DNA of 64,000 nucleotides, from positions 1 through 64,000 of the forward strand of contig CAVPSB010000020.1 in NCBI GenBank assembly GCA_963708025.1, in the 5' to 3' direction. The number at the start of each line of letters is the position of its first letter. The stretch's first letter is position 1. Under the pieces are notes generated by a model. That model searched no databases. It saw nothing but the letters and a program-made list of their open reading frames with translations, and was not told where the DNA came from. Positions 49,175-59,014 of this stretch are shown piece by piece. Source of the DNA: an uncultured Candidatus Rokubacteria bacterium (GTDB taxonomy: Bacteria; Methylomirabilota; Methylomirabilia; Rokubacteriales; DASRDR01). The translations under genes and the position numbers were made by a program.

Positions 49175-51292
49175 ATGCTCGTCGCGCTCCTGTTCCTGCT
49201 CGCCCGACCGCCCGCGGTGGACGGGGCGGCCGCCAGCTCCGGGGGGGCCCTGCTGCGTGCCGCGCTGGCGGCTCCGGACAAGGCGTGTCGCGGTTTCCGC
49301 CTCGACGGTCAGGGGCTCGCGCGCTTCTATTCGGCGGCCTCCCCGATGCTGCTGTGGGTCAACGAGGGCGGACCGGGCCCGCGGGCCCGTCAGCTGCGGG
49401 CGGCCCTGGAGCGCGCGGACGACGAGGGGCTGCCACCCGCGCGTTACGGGCTTGCCGGCATCGAAGCCTACTGGCACGCCTCCGCGCCTGCCGAGCTGGC
49501 GTGCCTCGATCTGATGCTGACCGCCGCCTTCGAGCGCTATGCGCGGGATCTCGCGGTGGGGCGGGTTGCACCCCGCGAGGCGGATCGCACGTGGCACCTT
49601 CCGACGGCTGCCTTCGATCCCGTCACCACCCTGCAGGCCATCCTCCCAGGTGCGGACATCGGGGAGCAGCTGGGGAGGCTGGCCCCCGCGCACGGCCTGT
49701 ACCGCCGCCTGCGCCCGGCGCTGGCGCACTACCGCCACCTGGCTGAGCACGGCGGGTGGGACACGTCGCTGACGGGGCCGAGACTCAAGGCCGGTGACGA
49801 GGGCGAGCGGATCGCGGCGCTCCGGGAGCGGCTGCGTCCCGAGGGCGATCTCGAGCCCGCCGCGTCCTCTTCCGGTCGGTACTTCGACACGGTTCTGACG
49901 GATGCGGTGCAGCGGTTTCAACGCCGTCACGGGCTGCTGGACGACGGCATCGTAGGTCCCCGCACGCTGGCCGCTCTCAACACGTCCGCGGCAGAGCGTG
50001 TCGCGCAGCTACGGCGCGCGATGGAACGCCTGCGCTGGATGCCCCGCGATCTCGGCCCGCACTACGTTCTGGTCAACACCGCCGCCTTCGAGCTCGCGGT
50101 GGTCGAGGGCGACCGTTCGGTGCTCGGCATGCGCGTTATCGTCGGCACGCTGGACCAGCCGACGCCGTCGTTCACCGCGACGCTCAGGTCGCTGGTGATC
50201 AACCCCTACTGGAACGTCCCCCTCCGCATCGCGCGCGACAAGCTCCTCCCGAGGGAGCGGCAGAGCCAAGGCTATCTTGCCGCCCACGGGTTCCGCATCT
50301 TCGACGCTCGTACCGGCGGATGGCGCGAGCCGGACGCCACGGCTCTCGCGCGCGCGCAGCGCGGGGACAGCGGGTCCTCCCTCCGGCTCCGGCAGGAGCC
50401 AGGGCCGGGCAATCTGATGGGGCGGCTGTCGTTCGTGTTCCCCAACCCCTACGACGTGTTCCTGCATGACACCCCGGATCGCTCCCTCTTCGAGCGCGAA
50501 GTCCGGGCCTGCAGCGAGGGGTGCGTGCGCATCGAGCAGGCCATGGCGCTCGCCCTGCACGTGCTGCGCCGGACACCGGAGTGGACGGAGAAGCGCCTCC
50601 AGCAGGAGATCGATGCGCTCCGGCACCAAGTCCTGACCCTGCCCGAACCGATCCCCGTGTACGTGGTGTATCTGCCGACCTGGGTCAACGACGAGGGGGT
50701 CGTGCACTTCCGGCCGGACCACTACCGCCGCGAGAGCGTGCTGGCCAGGAGCCGCCTGCTCGGTGAGGGCGACCAGGTAGCGACGGCGGCCGCGCACCGC
50801 CACGGCGTCGCTCACGACCGGCTGTCGGCCGACGGCCGCCGGTCCGTGCCCGTCAGGACGGGCCGGGTCTCCCGCGGCACCGCGGACGCCTCACCACAGG
50901 CGCACGCGCCCCACGTCGAGATGGACGAAGTCGGATTCCGGGTAGTAGCCGACGCCGCCGCGTCGCAGGGCGACGGCGGCTGCACGGATCCTCGGCAGGG
51001 GCCGGCCCGGGACGCGGAGGTCAACGGCCATGCCCCGGGGATGAAGGCTGTTCGAGGCCACGCCTGTCGTCGTGGCCTGGAGGAGCGCGTTGCTCGCGGG
51101 CGAGCGGTAAGCCGAGATGATCTCGAACGGCTCGGCGGTGTCGAGGCTCGAGCGAAGGGCGCTCAGGAGCCGGAGCAGCCCTCGATCGATCTCGTGGACC
51201 TCGCCCGTGCGGTGATCCCGCAGCACCCGGTCGATGTCTCGCAGCGCGTCGGGGACGAAGCGGCCGTCCTCCCAGTACACACGGTGGAGTGA
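49175..51292 (+). CDS. YcbB/LdtD-type L,D-transpeptidase with peptidoglycan-binding domain; homology ends near 50750 and the ORF reads on antisense to mepK
   Basis: AVQRFQRRHGLLDDGIVGPRT, NPYWNVP, RQEPGPGN.MG, FPNPYDVFLHDTP..SEGCVR; start uncertain. Confidence 0.8.
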   Translation: MLVALLFLLARPPAVDGAAASSGGALLRAALAAPDKACRGFRLDGQGLARFYSAASPMLLWVNEGGPGPRARQLRAALERADDEGLPPARYGLAGIEAYWHASAPAELACLDLMLTAAFERYARDLAVGRVAPREADRTWHLPTAAFDPVTTLQAILPGADIGEQLGRLAPAHGLYRRLRPALAHYRHLAEHGGWDTSLTGPRLKAGDEGERIAALRERLRPEGDLEPAASSSGRYFDTVLTDAVQRFQRRHGLLDDGIVGPRTLAALNTSAAERVAQLRRAMERLRWMPRDLGPHYVLVNTAAFELAVVEGDRSVLGMRVIVGTLDQPTPSFTATLRSLVINPYWNVPLRIARDKLLPRERQSQGYLAAHGFRIFDARTGGWREPDATALARAQRGDSGSSLRLRQEPGPGNLMGRLSFVFPNPYDVFLHDTPDRSLFEREVRACSEGCVRIEQAMALALHVLRRTPEWTEKRLQQEIDALRHQVLTLPEPIPVYVVYLPTWVNDEGVVHFRPDHYRRESVLARSRLLGEGDQVATAAAHRHGVAHDRLSADGRRSVPVRTGRVSRGTADASPQAHAPHVEMDEVGFRVVADAAASQGDGGCTDPRQGPARDAEVNGHAPGMKAVRGHACRRGLEERVARGRAVSRDDLERLGGVEARAKGAQEPEQPSIDLVDLARAVIPQHPVDVSQRVGDEAAVLPVHTVE

Positions 51293-51473
51293 CTCCCCGG
51301 TGTGGAGGTTCCGCAGCGCGAGGGCGCGGCGGGCAGGCGCCGCGCTGGCGGCCCGGTTCGGCCGGGCGAGAAGGGCAGGGATGGCGGCGAGGGCGATGCG
51401 GAGGAAAGCGCGGCGGCCGAGGCGCCCGGATCCCGGGCACCGCCGCTCTCAGCGCGGCGTCCGAGTCGCGCAC
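50891..51473 (-). CDS. YcbK/DUF882 (MepK-like) peptidase M15 with Tat signal; start uncertain, possible frameshift near 51425
   Basis: RRAFL Tat motif, NLHTGE, LRDHRTG, IISAYRSP.SN, SLHPRGMAVD, GGVGYYPESDFVHLDVG. Confidence 0.85.
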
Positions 51474-51860
51474 CCGACTACGCTCGTCGCCGGGGCCGGC
51501 CCGGCCACGGCCGGGGCGCCGGCATCGCCGAGGGCGACCGCGAGCCGGCGGTCACGCCCATAGACGTCGTCACGGAAGTGCAGGGTACCGTCTTCGACGA
51601 ACGCTGTCCAGTACAGGAGGTCCGCAGTACAGGAGGTCCACGGGTGTCGGGCGGTCGATCGGCACCCATCGCGTCGCGCACGTGGGAAGGGCGCGCCCGA
51701 GGGCGTGGCGGTCGGCGAGGTCCTGCCCGGCGAGCAGGGAGATGGCGAGCTCCAGGGCCTGTTCCACCCGGACGCAGCCGTGGGAGCGCGTCCGGACCGG
51801 TTAGACGAAGAGCGCGGTCGCCGGCGTGTCGTGGAGGTACACGTCGAAGCGGTTGGTTGG
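51449..51860 (-). pseudogene. catalytic-domain relic of a second L,D-transpeptidase
   Basis: Manual translation NRFDVYLHDTPATALFV*PVRTRSHGCVRVEQ..LLYWTAFVEDGTLHFRDDVYGRD; in-frame TAA at 51801 and a 16 bp tandem duplication at 51609-51640. Confidence 0.8.
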
Positions 51861-51973
51861 CCGATCTTACCCGGAGTGGGGAACGGATGAGGACCCGGCC
51901 GGGTTTTCAGACACTACGGGGTGGTGGCGATCTCCTTCATCGCGTAGTAGTCGAGGACACGAGACCTACCGCG

Positions 51974-52921
51974 TCAGGGTGTCGTCCACGTGGCATCCGG
52001 GTCGAACGCCGCGAGCTGGGCCGCGATGATGGGCGTACCCGGGCCGAGGTTCTTCTGGTAGACGATGCCGGTCTGGTTGACCAGGAACGTCATGATGCCG
52101 GAGTTGCCGTACTTGGCGGGAAACGCCACCAGCGCGAAGCCTCCCCGCATGTGGCCGTCAACGATGTAGTCGCGCGGACCTCCGGGGGCGTTGGCCCCCT
52201 GACGCGTGAGGATCCGGTAGTAGTAGCCGTGGTAGGGGATGGGCTGGGCGGCCGGCGTGCGTCGGTAGCCCTCGGCGCGGGCGCTGGCGACCAGGGGGCC
52301 GAGCGGGCTGTCCGGCTCGCCGGGCTGGGTCGGCCAGTACAGGCCGTCGCGGGTCCCCGGCGTGCTGAGGAAGCGCTGGGCGAACTCCGCGAGGCCGGTC
52401 CCCATCGGGTCCCGCGCGGCATACTCGCGCTGCGCCACGACGAAGGCCCGGCAGACCTCGATGACGTTGAACTCGTTCCGCCCGACGCGTCGATTCAGGA
52501 TCTCCTGGACACCGGCGGGTGTGTCGAAGTGCCAGCCCGTCCCATCGCGGACCAAGGGGATGGGGAAGGGCCACTGCTCGGGGCCGACGATCAGGACCCC
52601 CCGGTCCGATCCGGTCATCTCGAGCCGGTGGCCGTGGTCGTAGGCCGCGATGAACTTGTCCCGCCCCAGCCGATCGGCGACCCGATCGCCCGACCAGATC
52701 AGGGCCCGGCCCTCCGTCCCCAGGATCTGGCGCAGTTCGGCCAACCGGGTATTCCGGGTGGCGGTCACGAGCGCGTCCACGGCCTGCTCCGCGGAGGCGA
52801 ACGTCGCCGGTGGCCCGCCGGCCGTCCACCCCGGCGTGCTCGGGGCCACCAGGAGGAGGGCCGTCACCAGGATCCGTAAGCCTGCCTGGAGGGCGTGTAA
52901 CCGGCGCGCGCGACGCTTCAT
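51974..52921 (-). CDS. DUF2950 family exported protein
   Basis: WPFPIPLV, EILNRRVGRNE, DGLYWP..SPLGP, PYHGYYYRILTRQG, PAKYGNSGIMTF. Confidence 0.88.
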   Translation of the reverse strand: MKRRARRLHALQAGLRILVTALLLVAPSTPGWTAGGPPATFASAEQAVDALVTATRNTRLAELRQILGTEGRALIWSGDRVADRLGRDKFIAAYDHGHRLEMTGSDRGVLIVGPEQWPFPIPLVRDGTGWHFDTPAGVQEILNRRVGRNEFNVIEVCRAFVVAQREYAARDPMGTGLAEFAQRFLSTPGTRDGLYWPTQPGEPDSPLGPLVASARAEGYRRTPAAQPIPYHGYYYRILTRQGANAPGGPRDYIVDGHMRGGFALVAFPAKYGNSGIMTFLVNQTGIVYQKNLGPGTPIIAAQLAAFDPDATWTTP

Positions 52922-52932
52922 CCTCTCGGACC

Positions 52933-54516
52933 TCAGCGGCGGCCTTGGCCGCTCCCGGACTTGGTTTCCCCGGAGCGCGCTCCTCCGGAGGGCGTTCCCC
53001 CGGAGCGTGTCCCGCCTGATGGCGGCGTGGCCGGGGCCCGCGGCGAGGCGGGGGCGATGGTCTGTCGGCTCGACTGGCCACGCTCGGTGTGTGTGTGTAC
53101 GTCGGCGCCCCGCCCGAAGGACTCGAAGGCGGGAGCGAGCGGGCGGAGCGCCCCGCCGGGGGCGGGAGTCACGCGGGTCGGGACCGGGCTCTTCGGAGGA
53201 GCGGCAGCCGGAGGGGGCAAGATGAGGCTCCCCGGACGAGTGCCCGGTCCCACCGCGGGACCACTGCCGGCGCCGCCGGGGGCGGGAGTCACGCGGGTCG
53301 GGACTGGGCTCTTCGGAGGAGCGGCAGCCGGAGGGGGCAAGATGGGGCTTCCCGGACGAGTGCCCGGTCCCACCGCGGGGCCACTGCCGGCGCCGCCGGG
53401 GGCGGGAGTCACGCGGGTCGGGACTGGGCTCTTCGGAGGAGCGGCAGCCGGAGGGGGCAAGATGAGGCTCCCCGGACGAGTGCCCGGTCCCACCGCGGGA
53501 CCACTGCCGGCGCCGCCGGGGGCGGGAGTCACGCGGGGCGGGACTGGGCTCTTCGGAGGAGCGGCAGCCGGAGGGGGCAAGATGGGGCTCCCCGGACGAG
53601 TGCCCGGCCCCACCGCGGGGCCAGTGCCGTAGCCACGCACGTCGCCGTAGGGGCCCACCAGGAAGCGCGCGCGCGTTCCCGGATCCCGATAAGGGACCCC
53701 GCGGCGATGGCCCGGGTCGTGCTGCCAGATGCCCCCCGGTGGGGGGCGGTGACCGCCGATGCGGGAGAATCGGTCGTGGTCGACGTGGAGCCGATGACGA
53801 TGCCAGTCCCAGTGATGCCAGCCCCACAATGACGGCACGACGACGATGGCGACACCGAAGCTGAGCCCGCCCACGCCCCCGAGCGGGGCGACGACGAGGG
53901 GCGAGGGATAGCCGAAGAACGGACTCGGCGCGTATACCCACGTCCCGTACACCGCACCCGGGTCATACGTCGGTACGTAGACGACCTGAGGATCAGCCGG
54001 GATAATGCCGATCGCCTGGTCCGCCGTGAACACCATCTGCTGCTCGGTGGTGACAAGGGTCCCGGCCGACTGCGCCCGCTGTCGCAGCCGCTGGATCGCG
54101 TCCATGACGGCGGCTTGATCGGACAGGAATGCGTCGCCGACTGCTTCCGTCCAGTCGAGGGAGCCGTCCATCATGCGCAGGATCTGGGGAAAGGACACGA
54201 GGGCCTTGACGCTGGGATCCCACGGCCGCAGGTCGAGAGCCGCCGCCAGCGCGGGGCCGGTCAGGGCCGCGTGACTGGGGTCCTGGAGCCAGCGGGTCGC
54301 CTGGACCACCTCGAGTGGATAGGTGGCGGCCATCAGGATCTGGCCAACCAGGGGATCCGGGTGGAGCGCGATCGGCGCCAGCAGCTGGTCGAGCTGGTCC
54401 GGCGTGAAGACGGCCGGCCCCTGAGGGGGCGCGCTCGGCAGCGATTGCGCCTGACCGGCCGAGGCCACCAGGCTCACGGTAAGCACGAGGCTGATGATCA
54501 GGGTCGGGGAAACCAT
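52933..54516 (-). CDS. DUF3300 family exported protein with Pro-rich repeat tail
   Basis: QLDQLLAPIALHPDPL..QILMAATYP, WDPSVKAL, VMDAIQRLR, VVYVPTYDP. Confidence 0.88.
   Translation of the reverse strand: MVSPTLIISLVLTVSLVASAGQAQSLPSAPPQGPAVFTPDQLDQLLAPIALHPDPLVGQILMAATYPLEVVQATRWLQDPSHAALTGPALAAALDLRPWDPSVKALVSFPQILRMMDGSLDWTEAVGDAFLSDQAAVMDAIQRLRQRAQSAGTLVTTEQQMVFTADQAIGIIPADPQVVYVPTYDPGAVYGTWVYAPSPFFGYPSPLVVAPLGGVGGLSFGVAIVVVPSLWGWHHWDWHRHRLHVDHDRFSRIGGHRPPPGGIWQHDPGHRRGVPYRDPGTRARFLVGPYGDVRGYGTGPAVGPGTRPGSPILPPPAAAPPKSPVPPRVTPAPGGAGSGPAVGPGTRPGSLILPPPAAAPPKSPVPTRVTPAPGGAGSGPAVGPGTRPGSPILPPPAAAPPKSPVPTRVTPAPGGAGSGPAVGPGTRPGSLILPPPAAAPPKSPVPTRVTPAPGGALRPLAPAFESFGRGADVHTHTERGQSSRQTIAPASPRAPATPPSGGTRSGGTPSGGARSGETKSGSGQGRR
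53151..53630. repeat. 4 x 120 bp in-frame tandem repeat (40 aa unit)
   Basis: Units start at 53151, 53271, 53391 and 53511; each encodes GPAVGPGTRPGS(P/L)ILPPPAAAPPKSPVP(P/T)RVTPAPGGAGS. Confidence 0.95.
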
Positions 54517-54531
54517 CGCACATCGTCATCA

Positions 54532-54547
54532 AGCAACGATGGTGCCA
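54532..54547 (-). promoter_or_regulatory. sigma54 -24/-12 promoter upstream of DUF3300-DUF2950
   Basis: Minus strand TGGCAC-CATCG-TTGCT, an exact consensus match. Confidence 0.6.
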
Positions 54548-54868
54548 CGAACCCATTGGCGGCGCGCCTCATTCCCACGCCGCATGTGGCAGCGGAGCCG
54601 GTGCGAGGTCGCCCGGCCACCTCGGTCAGCACTGCTCGCACTCCCATGGCTGCTGCTCCATTCGCCGGGAAGGCCGCCCAATGGCACGCAGCCGCCCGGC
54701 TGAGCCGCCGGCCGGACGGATCCGGTGGAACCAGACTGCCACCGCCTGCCGGCTGCTTGGCAAGACGGATGCACGGAGGTCATCCGAGGACACGACGTGC
54801 GAAGTCGGAGCGAGACCCGGCGCGATCGCCGGCCGACCGACCGCGCGGCGATCGAGCGCGGGTCGACC

Positions 54869-55019
54869 ATGCCCTGCCGCATCTGCGAGCGCGTCTTTCG
54901 GCGGACGCGGTGGGCCTCTCACTATTGCGCCTGCTGCGAACAGGCCTTCTGCGAGGAGCACGGAGGCGTGGCGGTGGGCGGCCGGGGCGCGTGCGTGGGA
55001 GTGCGGCCGGCACGGGTGA
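54869..55019 (+). CDS. small Cys-rich zinc-binding protein, about 49 aa after correcting one indel
   Basis: MPCRIC..YCACCEQAFCEEH..ACV(E)CGRHG*; removing one G near 54998 joins the frames. Confidence 0.4.
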
Positions 55020-55243
55020 TGGGACCGGCTGTCCCGCTCGCGCCCCACTGGGGCCGTGCTGTCCCAGTCTCGGGGCTGCCCCGGCGGCGAGTCCGCGTGA
55101 CGGAGGAGGCCATGGGCGGATGGAAGGGCTGCGAAGGGGAGGGGACCTGAACCTTGGTCGCGGGGATGCCAGGCACAGGGCCGGCCGAGCCGGGGGCGAC
55201 GGCGATCCCCGCGAGCTGTCACGAGCGGTGCGCCGACGGGCCA

Positions 55244-55363
55244 TTGTTGGCCGACGCGCTGAGGGTACTCGAGGCCCGCTACTTGCGAAGGGACGCCGCC
55301 GGGGGTGTGATCGAGACGCCGGACGAACTCTTTCGCCGGGTGGCCCGGGCGGTCGCCCACGCG
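55244..55363 (+). pseudogene. N-terminal fragment of a class II (NrdJ-like) ribonucleotide reductase
   Basis: ALRVLEARYLRRDAAGGVIETPDELFRRVARAVA. Confidence 0.6.
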
Positions 55364-55634
55364 AGCTCCTGCTCGGGACCTCGCCTGGTCGGCCTGTATG
55401 CCGTGACGTTGGGCGTCCTGACCCTCTTGGCGGCCTTCTGGCTGCGTGGGGCCGGCGGGCAGGCGTCACTGGAGATCCGGCGGCCTGAGGCCGCCTGACG
55501 GCTCACCGCCGTACGTCCGGGAGCCCGCGAGCCGCGGGCGTCAGGCGCCGGCCCGCTGGCGGCTCGGCGCGAGGCGGGGCGGGCACGGCAGGTCACTGAA
55601 GCGGATCTGCCGGAACGTAGCCGAGGGACACGAT

Positions 55635-56027
55635 ATGGCAACCGAGTTCAGAGTGGTAATCCAAGACAAGCCCGGGACCTTGGCCCGACTCGGCAGTGTC
55701 CTCGGCAATGCTGGAGTCAACATCGAGGCCATCCAGGGAACCAGCCGTGAAGGGCAGGGCTTCATCCAGTTCGTGCCCACCGAGCCCGACAAGGCCGCAG
55801 AAGCGCTCGACACGGCCGGAATCCCCTATACGAGGCGGGAGGTCCTCATCGTGAAGGTTCTGGATCAGCCCGGCATGCTGGGTGACGTCGCGCTCACGAT
55901 GTCCGAGGCGGGGATCAACATCGACTCGGTCTACATCACGACTCGCGGGCACGTCGTCCTTGGTGTGGACGACCTCGTCGGGGCCATCCAGGTCGCGGCC
56001 GGCATGGCGGCGATGACGCTCGAATGA
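55635..56027 (+). CDS. tandem ACT domain protein
   Basis: DKPGTLARL..AGVNIEAI and DQPGMLGDV..AGINIDSVY. Confidence 0.85.
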   Translation: MATEFRVVIQDKPGTLARLGSVLGNAGVNIEAIQGTSREGQGFIQFVPTEPDKAAEALDTAGIPYTRREVLIVKVLDQPGMLGDVALTMSEAGINIDSVYITTRGHVVLGVDDLVGAIQVAAGMAAMTLE

Positions 56028-56290
56028 AGGGCCTCGTGCACCGCCTCCACCGACTGCCGGCATGTCGCTCTGTCCGATTCTCTCTGGAGCTCGCGAGCGA
56101 GGGAACGGTCGACCGGCGCGATGGCGGGCTCTCCTTCACCGAGATCGTGCTTCGGCCGCGCCTCTTGGTTCGGGCCGGCACCGACCAGGAGCGCGTGCTC
56201 CGTGTCGTCGAGAAGGCAAAGAAGGCCTGTCTGGTCTCGGCATCGCTCTCGACTCCGATCCGCCTCGAGCCGGAGATCGCGACGGAATGA
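56024..56290 (+). pseudogene. OsmC-family C-terminal fragment
   Basis: FTEIVLRPRL..EKAKKACLVSASLSTPI; the N-terminal Cys region is missing. Confidence 0.55.
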
Positions 56291-56746
56291 ACGAGGAGGG
56301 TTGTGGTCTGGCGGTCGCGCGTGAGCGGATCGACCGTCTGTGGTCCAACAGTTGCAGGTGAGTGGGCCGCGGTGTGTCGTCGCGTAGGTCGGCTGCCGTC
56401 GGCCCGGACGGCTGTCGGAATAGGTTGCGCGGAGGTGAGGGACCCTCAGCCGGCGGCGCTCGGGCCGCGGGCGACGGAGTGCAGGCCCACGGCTGGGGCA
56501 TTGCCGAGACGGGTCGCGTGGAGTCACTCCGTTGGCGGCCGACCGCTGTCGTGGTGCCCCACGCTCGCCTCACCCGAGGCGGCACTGCCTCGGTTCAGGT
56601 TCTCGCAGCACACGGCTCCGGCTTCCGTACCGAGCGGTCCGGTGAGGAGCGCTCGGTTGGCCGATGGGCAGGAGCGGGGAGCGGGGGGCGTTCATGCGGC
56701 AGCGGCAGACGGGGGTGCGCGAGCGAGTCCGCTCAGAAGGAGCCCC

Positions 56747-56983
56747 ATGATGGCGCTCATCACAGTCGGCGACGAAGTCAACCATCGAGTCGGCGATGCG
56801 CAGTGCCCCGAATGCTGGGAGGAGTATCCGGAAGCGTGCACGTGTGGGGGGCTCGTCCACGCGGCGGGCGGCCCGGATGAGGACGAGGATGGCGATGCCC
56901 TGCTGACCACCCGGTGCGATCAGTGCGGTCGCTCCGTGGAGCAGCTCGACATCGAAACGGAACTCGGGCAGGGCGCCCCGTGA
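56747..56983 (+). CDS. small acidic Cys-rich hypothetical protein
   Basis: CPEC..CTCGGLVH..RCDQC; RBS AAGGAG. Confidence 0.6.
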   Translation: MMALITVGDEVNHRVGDAQCPECWEEYPEACTCGGLVHAAGGPDEDEDGDALLTTRCDQCGRSVEQLDIETELGQGAP

Positions 56984-57138
56984 TCTGTCGGCCTGCCGGG
57001 TGTCAGGGACGCAGCGGTGTCCCGTCGCCGCCCCGCGGGCGATCAGGTCCTCGGAGACGCGTCCGAGCCAAACCGGAGGTGAACAGTGCTGACTGACAGC
57101 TGCCCCGCGGGCGGGCTTTAGCGGTTCGGTCTCCGCCA

Positions 57139-57522
57139 ATGGAAGAACGCGAGTTTCTTGTCCGGATCCAGGAGCTGGGAAGCCTGCCGAGCCGAGAGGA
57201 GGCGGACCGGTGGGCGATGACGGTGCTCCTCGCCCTGATCCATCTCTTGCCGGACCGCCACAAGCGACGGCGGTTGATCACTCAGCTTCCCGGCACCGTC
57301 AAGGCGCGGCTCCGGGACGAGCCGCCCGGTGCGGTTCTCATGGACCTGGATACCTTCCTGCAGCGTGTCGCCGCAGGTCTCGGCACGCATGCGTCGGAGG
57401 GCGCACGCGCCGTCCGCATCGTGTACAGCGCGCTCCGGGAAGCCGTGTCTCCAGGTGAGTTGATCAAGGTCGAGGCACATCTCCCGAAGGACGTCGTTGG
57501 CTTCCTGACGCCCACCGCGTGA
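57139..57522 (+). CDS. DUF2267 family protein
   Basis: EFLVRIQE..L.SREEA, QLP, ALREAVSPGEL..HLPKD. Confidence 0.75.
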   Translation: MEEREFLVRIQELGSLPSREEADRWAMTVLLALIHLLPDRHKRRRLITQLPGTVKARLRDEPPGAVLMDLDTFLQRVAAGLGTHASEGARAVRIVYSALREAVSPGELIKVEAHLPKDVVGFLTPTA

Positions 57523-57606
57523 GCCGCACGGTGGTGGGGTTGTTTCCCGAACGTCCAGGTCGGGGAATCCGAAGCGTGTGCGGCACCCAGTCGAGGAGGA
57601 ACGTCG

Positions 57607-57900
57607 ATGGCCACCTACGTCGTGTTGACCCGACTGACGCCTGAGTCGGCGAAGACCCCGGCCGACCTCAAGCGTCTGGAGCAGGTCGTGACCGAGCGCA
57701 TCCGCAAGGAGTGTCCTCAGGTGAAATGGGTGGCGAACTATGCCATCCTCGGCCCGTGTGACTACATGGACATCTTCGAGGCACCCGACGAGATCGTCGC
57801 CGCGAAGGTGGTGATGATCATCCGGTCCTACGGGCACGCCACGACCGAGACCTGGACCGCGATGCCCTGGGAGCGGTTTGAGATCGTGATTCCGGCCTGA
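57607..57900 (+). CDS. GYD domain protein
   Basis: MATYVVLTRLT..YAILGPCDYMDIFEAPD..TETWTA; RBS GAGGAGG. Confidence 0.8.
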   Translation: MATYVVLTRLTPESAKTPADLKRLEQVVTERIRKECPQVKWVANYAILGPCDYMDIFEAPDEIVAAKVVMIIRSYGHATTETWTAMPWERFEIVIPA

Positions 57901-58017
57901 CAACCGAGGAGCACCATGGTTACGAACGGGACGAGGCGGAGGTGGATCGAAAGCGGTCGGCCGCCTGACGGGGGCGCTTGGCTCCAGAGCGGATCGTTGC
58001 CGCGACATGACTGTGCC

Positions 58018-58782
58018 ATGCCGACGGTGACGCCGACAGCGGCATCGGGAGCGACCAGCGCGCCGTCGGGCGGCGCCACTGCGGCGGGAGCGGCGCCGAC
58101 AGGGAAGAGCGCCGTGGTACCGCCTCCGGGTACCGCCCTGGGCATCCGTGTCCTCGATCTATCCGCCGCCGGACCGGGCGCGGTCGAGGAGGTCGCGGCG
58201 TTCCTGCCGAGCTGCTTCGCCCGGTGGGGATATCTCCCGTCCGTCGTCGCGGCGCGGGTGGAGGTGCTGGAGTCTCTCGGCCCGGCGCGGCTGAGCCGGG
58301 TGGCCGTCGGTGAGGACGGCCGCGTGCTCGGCTGGTACGGCGGCATTCGGGAGTACGACGGTCGGGTGTGGGAGCTGCACCCGATGGCGGTCCGGCCCGA
58401 CCACCAGCGCCGGGGCATCGGTCGGATGCTGCTGGCGGACTTCGAGGCGCGGGTGCGGGAGCGGGGCGGACCCACCGCGGTGCTGGTGACCGACGACGTC
58501 GACGGCGCCTCCACCGCCTGCGGCGTCGACCTCTATCCTGAGATCTGGCGCCACATCCGTGATCTCCGGGTGCTCAAGGACCACCCGGTCGGCTTCTATC
58601 AGCGCTGTGGGTATGTGGTCTACGGCCTCCTGCCCGACGCCAGCGGCTGGGGGAAACCGGGCATCCTGATGGCCAAACGGCTGGAGGCGGTCCGGCCGGG
58701 AGCTTCACACCGTCTCTCCGGGAGCCTGGTCTCGGTCCGCGAGGCGCCGCCTGGAGTGGGTGACGGCAAAGAACGGGCCTGA
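58018..58782 (+). CDS. GNAT acetyltransferase resembling aminoglycoside 6'-N-acetyltransferase AAC(6')-Ia/Ii
   Basis: WELHPMAVRPDHQRRGIG, TDD, HPVGFYQRCGY..G.LPDA.GWGKP..MAK; start uncertain. Confidence 0.75.
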   Translation: MPTVTPTAASGATSAPSGGATAAGAAPTGKSAVVPPPGTALGIRVLDLSAAGPGAVEEVAAFLPSCFARWGYLPSVVAARVEVLESLGPARLSRVAVGEDGRVLGWYGGIREYDGRVWELHPMAVRPDHQRRGIGRMLLADFEARVRERGGPTAVLVTDDVDGASTACGVDLYPEIWRHIRDLRVLKDHPVGFYQRCGYVVYGLLPDASGWGKPGILMAKRLEAVRPGASHRLSGSLVSVREAPPGVGDGKERA

Positions 58783-59014
58783 CGCACGAGACGATTCTGG
58801 CGCGGCTCGCCCAAGCCCACCAGGCCGAGCGTAGCGCCCGTGCGCGGCGCGAACGCGCGGGTCGGCGAGCCGTCTTGCCGTCGCGGGCGCTCGCCCGGCC
58901 GAGGAGACAGAAACTCGCGTAGGGAGGCGGCCCGGGCTGGCCTGAGGGCTCGGCGGCCGAGCGGGCACGCGGCCCGTGGGACACCCGGCAGCATGGGCCC
59001 AAGCCGTGGAAAGC

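Noticed and set aside
53151..53630. CRISPR array
   Set aside because: Contiguous 120 bp coding repeats without unique spacers, and no cas genes.
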